This document shows positions 1 to 11,039 of a stretch of 64,000 nucleotides of DNA, one piece after another. The notes beneath the pieces were generated by a model that worked only from the letters and a program-made list of their open reading frames with translations, was not told the DNA's origin and made no database searches. Positions within the stretch are counted from its first letter, which is position 1. Each line of letters begins with the position of its first letter. Origin of the DNA: an uncultured Verrucomicrobiae bacterium (GTDB lineage Bacteria; Verrucomicrobiota; Verrucomicrobiia; Chthoniobacterales; JAATET01); assembly GCA_963719495.1 (NCBI GenBank), contig CAVRCI010000002.1:640001-704000 (forward strand). Reading direction: 5' to 3'. Made by a program: the position numbers and the translations under genes.

Positions 1-1016
1 GGGAGGGCCATTTTCGGATTGTCGAAATCCCAGTGCGGGTCATCGCTAGAGAACATGAGCGTGCGTTTCGCGTCGATCATTTCGAAGATTTGGAGGATGT
101 GCTCGCTGTTCTCCGGTTCCTCGATGGGTTGGGTCGTTAGCCGGAGGTGATCCTTGATGTATTCGGAAGGGAGTCGTTTCAGCCAGGGCGTCGTCGAGCG
201 CAGGGCTTTATAATTTTTATCCATCCGCCACATCAGGTGGGGCAGCCAGGCGACACCGCCTTCGATGGCGACGAACTTGAGTCCCGGAAACTTTTCGAAA
301 ACCCCTTCGCAGATGAGGCTGTTCACGTGGGCCATGTAATTGATCGGCAGGATGTTGTGCCATTCCATGTACCGGGTTGGGTAGCCCGCGGGCGTCGGCG
401 GTCCCGCGATACCCAGGCCCTCCGTGCCGGGATGCACGGCGACCGGGAGACCGTTGCGTTCGGCGGCTTCGTAGATTGGATGATAAGCGCGCTGGCCGAA
501 GAGCTGATTCGATCCGCTGCACATGATGGTCTGGACCATCGCGGGGTGACTCCCCATACGGTCGATCTCCCTGGCCGCTGCGGCTGGATCGGGGTGGTTG
601 ATGAGGATCGATCCGCGGAATCGGGGGCTGAAGTTCAGCCATTTCTCCACCAGAAGATCATTGTAGGCGGACGCAATGGCGCTGCCGTGGTCGGGGTCCG
701 GGGAGAGGGAGATTCCCAAAACGCTGGAACCGGTCAGCACGGTATAGTCGATGCCGTAGCGGTCGAGGTGGTCGTCGATGACGTGCTGGGGATCGCTGCC
801 GGGTGTGCCGCCACCGGGTGATTGCGCGTCGGATCGCATCACCCCGATGGGCGAGCGGTAGAGTCCCGGTGCGGCGACGGCGGACGTGCGTTTCACGTAT
901 TCCGCCCAATAGGTCGAAAGGTGCGGCAGGAACTCTTCGGTCGCAAACGCGTTGTGCACGTCGGCGTCGATGAGCGAGGCGCGATCGGCGGGCGCGGTGA
1001 GTGGCGGTTCGGTCAT
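1..1016 (-). CDS. Amidohydrolase-2 family (TIM-barrel metalloenzyme), copy A; 3' end runs off the window edge
   Basis: Manual translation from ATG 1016: [22 protein letters not shown]...AVHPGTEG...FVAIEGG...TTQPIEEP...[14 protein letters not shown]. Colinear and highly similar to 4754-5839. Absent from the ORF track because it has no stop inside the window. Confidence 0.9.
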   Translation of the reverse strand, partial: MTEPPLTAPADRASLIDADVHNAFATEEFLPHLSTYWAEYVKRTSAVAAPGLYRSPIGVMRSDAQSPGGGTPGSDPQHVIDDHLDRYGIDYTVLTGSSVLGISLSPDPDHGSAIASAYNDLLVEKWLNFSPRFRGSILINHPDPAAAAREIDRMGSHPAMVQTIMCSGSNQLFGQRAYHPIYEAAERNGLPVAVHPGTEGLGIAGPPTPAGYPTRYMEWHNILPINYMAHVNSLICEGVFEKFPGLKFVAIEGGVAWLPHLMWRMDKNYKALRSTTPWLKRLPSEYIKDHLRLTTQPIEEPENSEHILQIFEMIDAKRTLMFSSDDPHWDFDNPKMAL

Positions 1017-1032
1017 AGGGCTGGGTGCTCAC

Positions 1033-1087
1033 TTGACAGCAGCGGTCCGGAGTTTTCACGCTAAGGCCTGGCGTTACGCCTAACGCC
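1033..1087 (+). promoter_or_regulatory. Putative sigma70 promoter and palindromic operator upstream of LacI copy A
   Basis: TTGACA at 1033-1038. Inverted repeat GGCGTTA-cgcc-TAACGCC at 1070-1087 sits directly before ATG 1088. Confidence 0.45.
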
Positions 1088-2126
1088 ATGGCGCCGCAGC
1101 AAGCAGACGAAAGTTTTCCGTCCGATCCCCCGCGTCTGGAGCACGTTGCAAGGCGGGCGGGGGTGTCGAAGATGACCGCATCCCGGGCGCTGCGAAACGC
1201 GTCGGAAGTGAGTGCCTCCAACCCGGCAAAAGGTGCTCACCGCCGCCGAGGAGATCGGATACCGCCCGAATCCGTTCGTGCAGACTTTCATGGCGGGAGT
1301 GAGGCGGCGGCGCGTGTCGCACGACGCCAATCTCGCGTGGGTGACTGATGGCTACAAGACGCATGCCGCCGGGCAAATGATCTGGAAGGGCGCACTGGAT
1401 CGGGCCAATGAGATGGGGTTTGGACTGGACGAGGTGCGGCTGGAACCCGGTGAGTCGAACGCGAGGGATCTGGCACGGGTGCTCGCCGCCCGAGGGGTCG
1501 TCGGAGCCGTGATCGCTCCGTTGAAAGACGCCGGGACGATTGATTTTCCCTGGGAAAAATTCCCCGTCGCGTCCATCGGTCGTTCGTTGGTTGAGCCGCC
1601 GACGCACTACGTGATGGCGCACCTGTATCACATCATGGCGCGGGCGTTGGCGGAGTTGGACCGGCGGGGGTATCGGCGGCTGGGGTTTCTGAATACGCGG
1701 GCGATGGACCTGCGCTTCGATCATGCCCCGCTGTTGAGCTTTCAGATGACTCGCTCGGAGAGTGGGGACGCGATTCCCAAGCGACCGGCCGTGTTCTGCG
1801 ATGGCTGGAAAACGGCGGACTACCGGAAATGGCTGCGGGAAACCCGACCCGATGCCGTGGTGGCGGTGCTTCCGTCGATCTACAAAAAGCTTCTTGAAGC
1901 ACGGGCCGAGATTCCGAACCGCATCGGGTTTGTCACGCTCTCGTGGACGGAGGCGCGTCCCGAATGCGCGGGAATCCTGCACCCTTGGCAGGCGATCGGT
2001 GCCGGAGCGGTCGATCTCGTCGTGGCGCAACTCCATCGCAACGAGCGCGGGATTCCCGAGCGGCCCAAGGCGATCCTGTTCGAAGGCGACTGGAAGGAAG
2101 GGGGAACCCAGCCCTTCCGGAGTTGA
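1088..2126 (+). pseudogene. LacI-family regulator, copy A, frameshifted (or sequencing error)
   Basis: The HTH (LEHVARRAGVSKMTASRALRN) is in the 1088 frame. The hinge and ligand domain (TRQKVLTAAEEIGYRPNP...) are in the 1212 frame. Removing one A at 1220/1221 restores alignment to the paralog 3603-4634. Confidence 0.85.
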
Positions 2127-2145
2127 TCCCGGTCTTCTTACGAAC

Positions 2146-3555
2146 TCATTTTTTTCGACGCCTCGGAGTTGCCCGAGTCGATGGTGCCGCCCGCTGGATG
2201 AAGTCGCGATACCAGAAGGCGGAGTCCTTGGGGGTGCGGGTTTGGGTCTCGAAGTCGACGTGGACGAGGCCGAATCGTTCGCGGTAGCCTTCGGCCCATT
2301 CGAAATTATCGAGCAGCGACCAGACGAAATAGCCGCTTACGTCGACGCCGTCACTGACGGCGCGTTCGAGGGCGGCGAGGTGGCGCGAGAGGTAATCGAT
2401 CCGCTGGGGATCGTGGCATTGGCCGTCTTCGGAGATCCAGTCGAGCCCGGAGAGTCCGTTTTCGGTGATGATGATCGGGAGTTGGTAGCGTTCGTGGAGG
2501 AAGCGCGGGCCCCAGTAGAGGCTCGCGGGCACGATGTCCCATTTGAAGGCCGTCACGGGAGCGCCGACTGGAGGGGCGACCTTGGCGCGATGGCCGTCGG
2601 GCGTGGCGCGGATGACGTCCGCGTTGTAGATGTTCGCCCCGTAGAAATCGATGGGCTCGCCGATGATTCGCATTTCTTCGTCGGAGTGCGGCGGCACGGC
2701 TTCGCCGAAGGCGCGGAGACCGGCCTCGGGGTAGTGACCGAATACGACCGGATCGCCGAACCACGCGTTGTTCCAGACGTCGCCGGGATGCCCCGGGTCG
2801 CGGTCCTGCCAGTTGCCGTCGACTTCGAACATGGCCTCGCGCGCGGCTTCGACGTTGGCGGGGGAGTCCGACGCGGGCGCGGAGGTGATGCCCACGGGAG
2901 CCCAGCCGATCGTCGGGGGACGCTTCGCGTGCTCGCGGATGACGCGCACGGCTTTCCCGTGGGCGAGCAGCGCGTGGTGGGTGGCGAGGAGGACTTCGTG
3001 GCGACCGTGGCGATCGCCGGGTGCGTGGACACCGCGCTCGTGTCCGAGACCGAGGAAAGCTTGGGGTTCGTTGAGCGTGATCCAATGCGTCACGCGATCC
3101 GACAGCCGGTCGACGACGACGCGGGCGTATTCGGCGAACCAATCCGGGCTCCGCGGATTCAGCCAGCCGCCGCGGCAGTAGAGGCTGTGCGGGTAATCCC
3201 AGTGAAACAGTGTGGCCCACGGCTCGATGTCCGCGGCGAGGAGCTCGTCGACGAGGCGATCGTAGAAAGCCAGTCCGGCGTCGTTGGTCGCGCCCACGCC
3301 GTCGGGCAGGACGCGGGGCCACGAAATCGAGAACCGGTAGGCGGTGAGCCCGAGGTCGCGCATGAGCCCGACGTCGTCGGCGTAGCGTTGGACGTGGTCG
3401 CAGGCGGTGTCGCCGGTGTGACCCTCGCGAATCCGTCCGGGTTGGCGGCAGAACGCGTCCCAGACGCTCAGGCCTTTGCCGTCGGAGCGGGCTGCGCCCT
3501 CGATTTGGTAGGCGGCCGTCGCGGCGCCCCAGGCGAATGTTTTAGGGAAGGGCAT
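2146..3555 (-). CDS. GH1 beta-glucosidase
   Basis: FAWGAATAAYQIEGA, YRFSISWPR, TLFHWD, acid/base TLNEP, nucleophile IITENG, WSLLDNFEWAEGY. ATG at 3555 (MPFPKTF). Confidence 0.95.
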   Translation of the reverse strand: MPFPKTFAWGAATAAYQIEGAARSDGKGLSVWDAFCRQPGRIREGHTGDTACDHVQRYADDVGLMRDLGLTAYRFSISWPRVLPDGVGATNDAGLAFYDRLVDELLAADIEPWATLFHWDYPHSLYCRGGWLNPRSPDWFAEYARVVVDRLSDRVTHWITLNEPQAFLGLGHERGVHAPGDRHGRHEVLLATHHALLAHGKAVRVIREHAKRPPTIGWAPVGITSAPASDSPANVEAAREAMFEVDGNWQDRDPGHPGDVWNNAWFGDPVVFGHYPEAGLRAFGEAVPPHSDEEMRIIGEPIDFYGANIYNADVIRATPDGHRAKVAPPVGAPVTAFKWDIVPASLYWGPRFLHERYQLPIIITENGLSGLDWISEDGQCHDPQRIDYLSRHLAALERAVSDGVDVSGYFVWSLLDNFEWAEGYRERFGLVHVDFETQTRTPKDSAFWYRDFIQRAAPSTRATPRRRKK

Positions 3556-3602
3556 GGCGGGTAATGGTTTGATTTTGGGTTTCGGCGGGGTGGTGAAATC
3601 GT

Positions 3603-4634
3603 TCAAATCCGGCTCGGGAGCGTGCGACCTTCCTTCCAATCGCCTTCGAAGAGAATGGCTTTTGGGCGTGGTGGGATGCCGCGTTCGTTGCGGTGGAGTT
3701 GGGCGATGACGAGGTCCACGGCACCGGCTCCGATGGCTTCCCACGGGTGAAGGATACCCGTGCATTCGGGTTGAGTCTCCGTCCAGGACAAGGTGACGAA
3801 ACCGATCTTGTCGGGAATTTTGGCCTTTGCCTCCAGTAGCTTTTTGTAGATCGAGGGCAGTACGGCGACGACAGCGTCCGGTCGCGTTTCTTTCAACCAA
3901 TTCCGGTAGTCGGCTGTCTTCCACCCGTCGCAGAAGACGGCGGGCCGCTTCGGAGTCGCGGCTTCGCCATCGGCCATCGTCAGCTGGAAGCTCAACAGCG
4001 GCGCGTGGTCGAAGCGCAGGTCCATCTCCCGCGTGTTGAGAAACCCCGGGCGCCGATAGCCGCGCTCCCCCAACTCGGCCAGCGCGCGCGACATCATGTG
4101 GTAAAAATGCGCCATCACGTAGTGCGTCGTGGGTTCGGCCAGCGAGCGTCCGATGGTCGCCACGGGAAATCGCTCCCACGGAAAATTGATCGTGCCGAAC
4201 TCTTTCAAAGGCGCGATCACGGCGCCCACGATCCCCCGCGCGGCGAGGACGCGGGTGAGTTCGCGAGCGCTCGACTCACCGGAAGCCAAGCGCACTTCGT
4301 CAAAACCGAATCCCATCTCGTTCGCCCGCTCCGCCGCGCCCCGGCGAAGCCGCTGACGCGTCGGATGGCCGTGGTCCCCGCTCGTCACCCACGCGAGGTT
4401 GGCCTGATGCCCGACGCGCCGCCGCCGCACGCCCGCCATGAACGTCTGGACGAGCGGATTCGGCCGGTAGCCGAGCTCCTTCGCAGCCGCGAGAACCTTG
4501 TCGCGGGTGGCGGCATTGATCTCCGTTGCGTTCCGCAGGGCGCGCGACACGGTCATCTTCGAAACTCCCGCCAGCTTGGCGACTTGTTCCAAGCGTGGCG
4601 GATCTTTGCTGTCGTCAGTCGACCGGACACCCAT
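3603..4634 (-). CDS. LacI-family transcriptional regulator, copy B (intact)
   Basis: [24 protein letters not shown], hinge LGYRPNP, C-terminal periplasmic-binding-like domain. ATG at 4634. Confidence 0.92.
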   Translation of the reverse strand: MGVRSTDDSKDPPRLEQVAKLAGVSKMTVSRALRNATEINAATRDKVLAAAKELGYRPNPLVQTFMAGVRRRRVGHQANLAWVTSGDHGHPTRQRLRRGAAERANEMGFGFDEVRLASGESSARELTRVLAARGIVGAVIAPLKEFGTINFPWERFPVATIGRSLAEPTTHYVMAHFYHMMSRALAELGERGYRRPGFLNTREMDLRFDHAPLLSFQLTMADGEAATPKRPAVFCDGWKTADYRNWLKETRPDAVVAVLPSIYKKLLEAKAKIPDKIGFVTLSWTETQPECTGILHPWEAIGAGAVDLVIAQLHRNERGIPPRPKAILFEGDWKEGRTLPSRI

Positions 4635-4640
4635 TCGCTC

Positions 4641-4673
4641 GTTACGTGTATCAACCGACTTCGCTTGAGTCAA
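4641..4673 (-). promoter_or_regulatory. Putative promoter of LacI copy B overlapping a TACACGTA operator-like site
   Basis: Minus strand TTGACT (4673-4668), 17-bp spacer ending TGA, then TACACGTAAC. Lies in the divergent LacI/amidohydrolase intergenic region. Confidence 0.45.
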
Positions 4674-4753
4674 GGCGACGGTCGAGTATGAGTGGAGAAG
4701 GACGATTTCGGGTGGGGATCCGCATCCCGCCGCGATTCGATCCGCACCTTTCC

Positions 4754-5839
4754 ATGGACACCGAACGACCCACCCTCATCGACGCCGACGTGCACAATGC
4801 CTCGGCGAGCGAAGAATACCTGCCCTACCTCTCCAAGTATTGGGCGGAGCACGTGAAGCGCTACTCCGCCGGGGCCGCGCCCGGGCTCTACCGCTCGCCG
4901 ATCGGCGTGATGCGGGCCGACGCGCAACCGCCCGACGGCGGCATGGCCGGCAGCGATCCGCAGCACGTGATCGACGATCATCTCGATGTCTACGGGATCG
5001 ATTATGCCGTGCTCACCGGCTCGGGGATTCTTGGGATTTCGCTGTGCCCGGATCCGGATTACGGAAACGCCATCGCCTCGGCTTACAACGATCTGCTCGT
5101 CGATAAATGGCTGAATTTCAGCCCCCGCTTCCGGGGTTCGCTTCTCATCAATCACTCCGATCCGGTCGCCGCGGCCAAAGAAATCGACCGCATGGGGAGC
5201 CATCCAGCCATCGTGCAGACCATCATGGCCAGCGGATCGAATCAGCTATTCGGTCAGCGGTTCTACCATCCGATTTACGAGGCCGCCGAGCGCAACGGAC
5301 TCCCCGTCGCGGTGCATCCCGGGACGGAGGGGAACGGCATCGCGGGACCGCCGACCCCGGCCGGGTATCCGACGCGTTACATGGAATGGCACAACATCCT
5401 GCCGACGAATTACATGGCGCACCTCAACAGCCTCGTCTGCGAAGGCGTCTTCGAGAAATTTCCGAAGCTTAAATTCGTCGCGATCGAGGGCGGCGTGGCG
5501 TGGTTGCCGCACCTGATGTGGCGGATGGACAAAAATTACAAAGCGCTCCGTTCGACCACCCCGTGGCTGAAGCGGCTGCCTTCAGAATACATCAAAGAGC
5601 ACGTTCGCCTCACGACTCAGCCAATCGAAGAACCCGAGAATTCCGAGCACATCCTGCAGATCTTCGAGATGATCGACGCGCACCGGACGCTCATGTTCTC
5701 CAGCGATTATCCGCATTGGGATTTTGACAATCCGAAAATGGCGCTGCCCCGGATGTCGAAGGAATTGAAGGCGCGGGTAATGAGCGAGACAGCCGCCGAA
5801 CTTTACGGCCTGGACACCGTGCCGCCGAAGGTGTCGTGA
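4754..5839 (+). CDS. Amidohydrolase-2 family protein, copy B (possible amidohydrolase-related dinuclear oxygenase)
   Basis: [30 protein letters not shown]. The stop overlaps the Rieske start (GTGA). Confidence 0.9.
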   Translation: MDTERPTLIDADVHNASASEEYLPYLSKYWAEHVKRYSAGAAPGLYRSPIGVMRADAQPPDGGMAGSDPQHVIDDHLDVYGIDYAVLTGSGILGISLCPDPDYGNAIASAYNDLLVDKWLNFSPRFRGSLLINHSDPVAAAKEIDRMGSHPAIVQTIMASGSNQLFGQRFYHPIYEAAERNGLPVAVHPGTEGNGIAGPPTPAGYPTRYMEWHNILPTNYMAHLNSLVCEGVFEKFPKLKFVAIEGGVAWLPHLMWRMDKNYKALRSTTPWLKRLPSEYIKEHVRLTTQPIEEPENSEHILQIFEMIDAHRTLMFSSDYPHWDFDNPKMALPRMSKELKARVMSETAAELYGLDTVPPKVS

Positions 5840-6279
5840 GCGCGAATCCCCAGCCGTCGGGCAAAACCCGTCACCGGGTCGCGAATCGGGACGACATCCC
5901 AGCCGACGCCGGGAAGTTGGTCACCGTGCGGCGCGGCGAGCGGGAAATCGAACTCGGCGTCTTCCGAGTCGGCGATGCATTCCGTGCTTACCGCAACGTT
6001 TGTCCGCACGCCGGAGCGCCGGTGTGTCGCGGGCGAGTGAGCGGGACGACGCTGCCGTCGACCGTTTACGAATACGATTACTGCGAGGAAAAGCGCGTTC
6101 TGCGTTGTCCGTGGCACGGGTGGGAATTCGATCTCCTGACCGGACAACACCTCGTGGACGAAAAATCGAAGCTCAAATCGATCCCGGTGACGACGGGCGG
6201 GGAGCAGGCACCCGCCTCGGAAGATCTCGAATCCTATCCCGTTGAGGACGACGCGGATGGGATCTACGTGCTGCTTTAG
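5836..6279 (+). CDS. Rieske [2Fe-2S] ferredoxin-like protein
   Basis: CPHAG and CPWHGWEFD Rieske motifs; 147 aa. Confidence 0.92.
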   Translation: MSANPQPSGKTRHRVANRDDIPADAGKLVTVRRGEREIELGVFRVGDAFRAYRNVCPHAGAPVCRGRVSGTTLPSTVYEYDYCEEKRVLRCPWHGWEFDLLTGQHLVDEKSKLKSIPVTTGGEQAPASEDLESYPVEDDADGIYVLL

Positions 6280-6317
6280 CGTTGGTCGATTCTCGTGCGC
6301 GCCGCTCGTCTTTACCT

Positions 6318-6326
6318 ACTGGCGAT
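6318..6326. repeat. Target-site duplication ACTGGCGAT (second copy at 7631-7639)
   Basis: Identical 9-mers immediately outside both IS termini. Confidence 0.95.
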
Positions 6327-7630
6327 CACGGGTGTCCGGTTGAGGAGAAGCTGATCAATTGTTAATGGTGAGCTGAGAAAGCTTTATGAAGGGAGTATGG
6401 TGTGACGCATTTGAGTTTGAGATGCGAGGCTGACATGATTTGCGGCCATGAATTCAGGCCGATACATTCTTTCCCAAGTTCTTGATTTGGTTCACCGGCA
6501 GACGCTGGACCGTTGTGTGAGACGCTACAACGCCCAGTCGCGAGTTCGGCACTTTGGGTGCCGACAGCAGTTGATCTGCATGGCCTTTGCGCAGTTGACG
6601 TGGCGTGAAGGTCTGCGCGACATTGAAACCTGTCTCAACGCAACGCCTGAGGCGCTCTACCATCTTGGTTTTCGGGAGCCGGTAGCCAAGTCGACTCTGG
6701 CAGACGCCAATGAGTCCAGAGATTGGAGGCTGTGGGAGGATCTTGCCAAGGGCCTCATCGCGAAAGCTAGAGCACTCTACGCCGAGGAAGAGCTTGGGTG
6801 CGAACTCGACAGCACCGTCTACGCACTGGATTCCAGCACCATCGACCTCTCGTTGACGCTCTTTCCGTGGGCGGATTTCCGCAAGACCAAGGCTGGGATC
6901 AAGCTGCATACCCAAATCGATCTGCGTGGACCGATTCCCACCTGCATTCATATTACAAGTGCCCGCGGTCATGACGTTCTCTGGCTCGATGAATTGATTT
7001 TCGAGGCCGGTGCCTTCTACGTCATGGACCGAGGATACATGGACTTCGGCCGTCTCAATCGCATCGTCTCGGCAGGAGCCTTCTTCGTCACTCGAGCCAA
7101 GGACAATCTGCGCTTCGCACGTCAACGCTCCCTTCCTGTGGACCAAAGCACCGGGCTGCGAAGCGATCAGATCGGAAAGCCCAAACTTGCCGCCGCCCGA
7201 GCGGCTTACCCTGGTCTGTTGCGCAAAATCCGGTATTTCGACTCGGAGACTGGCCGCGATCTGGTCTTCCTGACCAACCACCTCGACGTCCCGGCACTCA
7301 CCATTGCCCAGCTCTACCGGATGCGCTGGCGCATCGAACTCTTCTTCCGCTGGATCAAGGGACATCTGCGCATCAAGCACTACTTCGGCACGAGTCCCAA
7401 CGCTGTCAAAACTCAAATCTGGATTGCCGTGTCGGTCTATCTGATGGTCGCCATCCTTCACAAGCAGCTCAAACTCCCCGGAACGCTTCACAGAACTTTG
7501 CAGCTTTTAAGTGTCCATCCATTCGAGAAAACTCCTCTCCATGAACTACTTGCAGAATCGAACTTCAACTCTTTCGCTCCATTGGACTCTAACCAATTGA
7601 GCTTGTGGGACTTATAACCGGACACTCGTG
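6327..7630 (+). mobile_element. IS4-family insertion sequence, apparently intact, 1304 bp
   Basis: Terminal IRs CACGGGTGTCCGGTT (6327-6341) and AACCGGACACTCGTG (7616-7630), 14/15 match. Flanked by a 9-bp direct repeat ACTGGCGAT. Confidence 0.95.
6448..7617 (+). CDS. IS4-family DDE transposase
   Basis: YALDSSTI, VMDRGY and YRMRWRIELFFRWIK (YREK signature); N-terminus resembles DUF4372. Confidence 0.95.
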   Translation: MNSGRYILSQVLDLVHRQTLDRCVRRYNAQSRVRHFGCRQQLICMAFAQLTWREGLRDIETCLNATPEALYHLGFREPVAKSTLADANESRDWRLWEDLAKGLIAKARALYAEEELGCELDSTVYALDSSTIDLSLTLFPWADFRKTKAGIKLHTQIDLRGPIPTCIHITSARGHDVLWLDELIFEAGAFYVMDRGYMDFGRLNRIVSAGAFFVTRAKDNLRFARQRSLPVDQSTGLRSDQIGKPKLAAARAAYPGLLRKIRYFDSETGRDLVFLTNHLDVPALTIAQLYRMRWRIELFFRWIKGHLRIKHYFGTSPNAVKTQIWIAVSVYLMVAILHKQLKLPGTLHRTLQLLSVHPFEKTPLHELLAESNFNSFAPLDSNQLSLWDL

Positions 7631-10179
7631 ACTGGCGATATTGGTCGCGCCCGGCATCGCGTGGACGTCCCAACCGGCTTACTGGGCGGACGATTTCATC
7701 GATTTCGTCGGAATCAACGGCTCGCCGATCCGAACGAAGGTCCTCACGGACGGACCTTTCGCGGGAGCGGGTCGGACGTTTGACCCGCGGATCTTCTACG
7801 ACCTCGGGATCCATCACTATCGGTCGATCCTCAAATACGACCTCACGCTTTCGGACCAGCCCGCGCAGGTGGCGGCGGCCCACCGGCGGAGCGGCGCTCA
7901 GGCGATGATGCTGATCGATCCGCACAAGACGGAGCCGGGCGAGATCGTCGCCCTGCTCAAAAAATATCCGCCGGGATCGATCTCCGCCGTCGAGGGGCCG
8001 AACGAAGTGAACAACAAATTTCCCCCGCAGGATCTCAACCTCGAGTTCGACGGTCGCACCGACGAAGCGGCGGGCGCGGCCTACGTGGACGCCGTGCGGC
8101 GGGCGATGGACGCGGACCCCGCGACGCATGACCTCCCGATCGTCGCGTTCACCGCCATCTTCACCGACTATGGCCTGGCGAGGCCGCACACTGGGTTCGA
8201 TTACGGCGCCATGCATCCGTATCAAGGCTACGACGTGCCGAGTTCCAGCCTGCTGATGAACGAAACGCGCTTCAATAACCTCTACCCCGATGGCGAGACC
8301 ATTCGCCCGTTCGTTCCGACGGAATGTGGCTACAACGTCGAAGCCGACGTGGCCAACGGCACGCTGAAGACGGGCTCGTTGCGGGCGCAAGCCCTGAACA
8401 TCCCGATGCTGCTCGCCGAGTATTTTCGCCATGGGATCAAGCGCGCTTACCGCTTCGCGATTCAGAACACCGACGGCTACGGGTTGCTCGAGGATGATCT
8501 CGAGACCAAGCGCCCCGCGTATTTCGCGCTGAAAAATCTGCTCTCCGAAGTCGCCGACGCGCGGTGGGATTCGAACAAGTTGGCGTGGGAGGGCGGCGGA
8601 AAAGTCGAACCCCGAGTGCTGCTCTTCTCGCTCGAAGGGGCGCCGCCGACGGTCCACACGCTCACTTTGCAGAAAGCCGACGGGACGTGGCTGCTCCTCG
8701 TTTGGAACGAAGTGCGCAACTTCGACTCCGATCAGAAGAAAGACATTTTTCCAGAGCCCGTGCCGGTTTCGCTCCGTCTGCGCACGCCGGTCGAAAGCGG
8801 CACGCGGGTGCTCACTCAGAACGACAAAGGTGCCTGCGATTCGGCCAAGGTCGACGGCGTCGACGGGGTTCTTGGGCTCAAAGTGCCGTCCTCCGTGATG
8901 ATCCTGAAGTTACGACCGAGCGCGGCGGAGCTCGCGGACAAGCTCGCGCCCGCGCCCCCCGGGAGCCTCAGCGGAAGAACGACCGAGAACTGGGTCGAAT
9001 TGAACTGGAACCCGACCGCCGCTCCAGATCTCGGTGGCTATTTCATCTACCGTAATGGGGGACTGATCGGCGAGACCGACGGCACGAGCTTCGTTGATGA
9101 TTCGAGCTGGGTGCGGCCCGGGTTGGGTTATCGCTACGCCGTCCGGGCCTTCGATTCGTCCGGGAACGTCCCGGCGCTCACCGAGTCGACCGTGCGCACG
9201 CCCGACAAACGACCGGATCTCGTCATCACGGACGTCGAAATTCCGGCACCAGAGCCCGGTGGAAAGACGAGGTTCCGTGCCACGGTGCAAAACGTCGGCG
9301 AAGGGGCGACCCCGCGCGACGTTCCGGTTGCGGTCACGTTTTTCGTCGACGGCGAGATCGTCTCGTGGGGCGGCACGGCGGGTGCCTCGCTCGAGGCGGG
9401 CGCAGCGGCAACCTTGGAGGGCGACGGCGGCCCGTCGCCGGATTGGCAAGCGACGTCCGGCGCGCATCTTCTCAGCGTCAAGGTCGACGACGTGAATCGC
9501 GTCTCCGGCGAGTCGAACGAATCGAACAACGTCGCCGACCGGTCGTTCACGGTCGGGACGACGGGCGAGGGGAAACTCGTCGGAGCCAGCGACGCCGCGC
9601 CCTTCGCGATCGATCTCACGCGGGAAGGCACGCTCGATTGGGTCGCGTGGGGTGGAACCGACGCGAGGGTAATCGTCCGAAAAGCGGGTGAGCGAGCGAT
9701 GATCTCGGACGTGACCGAGATGGGCGAAGGATATCTCGACGCGACGTCTGGTGGCGGCACGCGCCTGACTTGGAGCGATGGTCACCCGCAGCGCGGCGAA
9801 GTCGGGACGAATTCGAGCCTGTGGCTGAATGGCGTCGGGCACGGCTACGAATTCTCCGTGCCCGCCGATCAGACCGAGCGAATCCTCCGCGTCGTTGTGG
9901 GCGGGATCGAGGGTGCCCGCGGGAAATTCGTCGCCCACCTCAGCGACGGGAGCGCGCCGGACTACGTCTCGACGACCTGGGACGGCAACGCCGCCTTCGA
10001 ATGGGCACCCGTTCCCGGCAGTATCAACGCCGTTTACACGCTTCGCTTCCGAGCGGCGGCTCCCGACTCGAAGCTCGTCATTCGTTGGATCCTCGACGGT
10101 GAACCCAATCGATTCCTCGGGCAGGCTCGCTTGCAGGCGGCGGCTTTGCGCCTGGCCGACGATCCGCACTGATCGGGAC

Positions 10180-10968
10180 TCAACGCAGTCGGCTCGGCGC
10201 GATCCCGCGAAAACGCCGGAACTGACGGCTGAAAAAATACACGTCCCGATACCCCAATCGGCTGGCGATCCGCTGAATGCTGAAGTCCGTCTCGCGCAGA
10301 TAATATTCCGCCCGGCCAAGCCGCTCCTCGACGAGAAATCGATTCGGAGTGAGCCGCGACATCGCGCGGAATCTCCGGGAGAACTGCGACTCCGACAGCC
10401 CGGCGAGCTTCGCCATCTCGGCCACCGAATAGGCCGCAGCCGGATTCCGGCGAATGCGCTCGATGATCTGAACGATCGCGAGACCGGTCGGATCCTCGCC
10501 GGGCCGGGTCCGCTCGAACGCCAGACTCCGGAGCAGCAGATCTAGTCCCGATCCCACGACGTCGCGGGACTCAGCGGGGCCGTGATAGAACGTTTCCGAA
10601 AGATAGCGACAGAGATGGGAAGCCCAGATGAAGTTGCGCAGACGGACCGGTTGCCCCGCGTGCGCCCAGCGATCCAAACCCTCCGCGGCTCGTCCGGTCG
10701 CGTGAAGGTGCGCGGAAAAATTTGTGAGGCGCAGCCCACCCGTCGACCGCCCGATCGTCGGAAGGCTCGCGGGAAAAAGGATCATCGACCCAGCGGAAAA
10801 GGAATGTCGCGTCCCCGCGTGCTCGAACGTCCCTTCTCCCTCGAGTGCGAGCCACAAGTTGTGGTGATCCGTCGCGTCTCGCTTCCACGACCACCCCGCC
10901 GCGTGTTCGAGGATCGCAACTTGCGGGATTTCCACCGGCAGGCCGAGGATCGGAAGATTCACGCGCAT
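10180..10968 (-). CDS. AraC-family transcriptional regulator
   Basis: N-terminal cupin-like region and C-terminal double HTH (SVAEMAKLAGLSESQFSRRF; IASRLGYRDVYFFSRQFRR). Divergent from the Gfo pair. Confidence 0.92.
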   Translation of the reverse strand: MRVNLPILGLPVEIPQVAILEHAAGWSWKRDATDHHNLWLALEGEGTFEHAGTRHSFSAGSMILFPASLPTIGRSTGGLRLTNFSAHLHATGRAAEGLDRWAHAGQPVRLRNFIWASHLCRYLSETFYHGPAESRDVVGSGLDLLLRSLAFERTRPGEDPTGLAIVQIIERIRRNPAAAYSVAEMAKLAGLSESQFSRRFRAMSRLTPNRFLVEERLGRAEYYLRETDFSIQRIASRLGYRDVYFFSRQFRRFRGIAPSRLR

Positions 10969-11039
10969 GCCGGAATAGTGCAAAAACTGGAAGGCAAAGT
11001 CCATTGTCGAGCGGGTCGCTCGCAGTCTACCTTTGGCGC

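Larger units (their letters stand above)
6295..10172 (+). pseudogene. Secreted clan GH-A-like glycoside hydrolase with FN3 and CARDB-like domains, interrupted by the IS4 in its signal-peptide codons (main body 7641-10172)
   Basis: Removing the IS and one TSD gives GTG 6295 MRAARLYLLAILVAPGIAWTSQPA in frame with ORF 7641. Motifs VEGPNE and VPTECGY; FN3-like (VELNW...Y.Y.VRAFD); CARDB-like (PDLVIT...VDDVNRVSGESNESNN). Confidence 0.8.

Noticed and set aside
1762..3564. 600-aa plus-strand ORF, and similar long ORFs such as 28833-30590, 31447-33108, 36411-38423, 48401-50602 and 54355-57567
   Set aside because: They are antisense shadows of well-supported genes, a typical artefact of high-GC codon bias, and contain no motifs.
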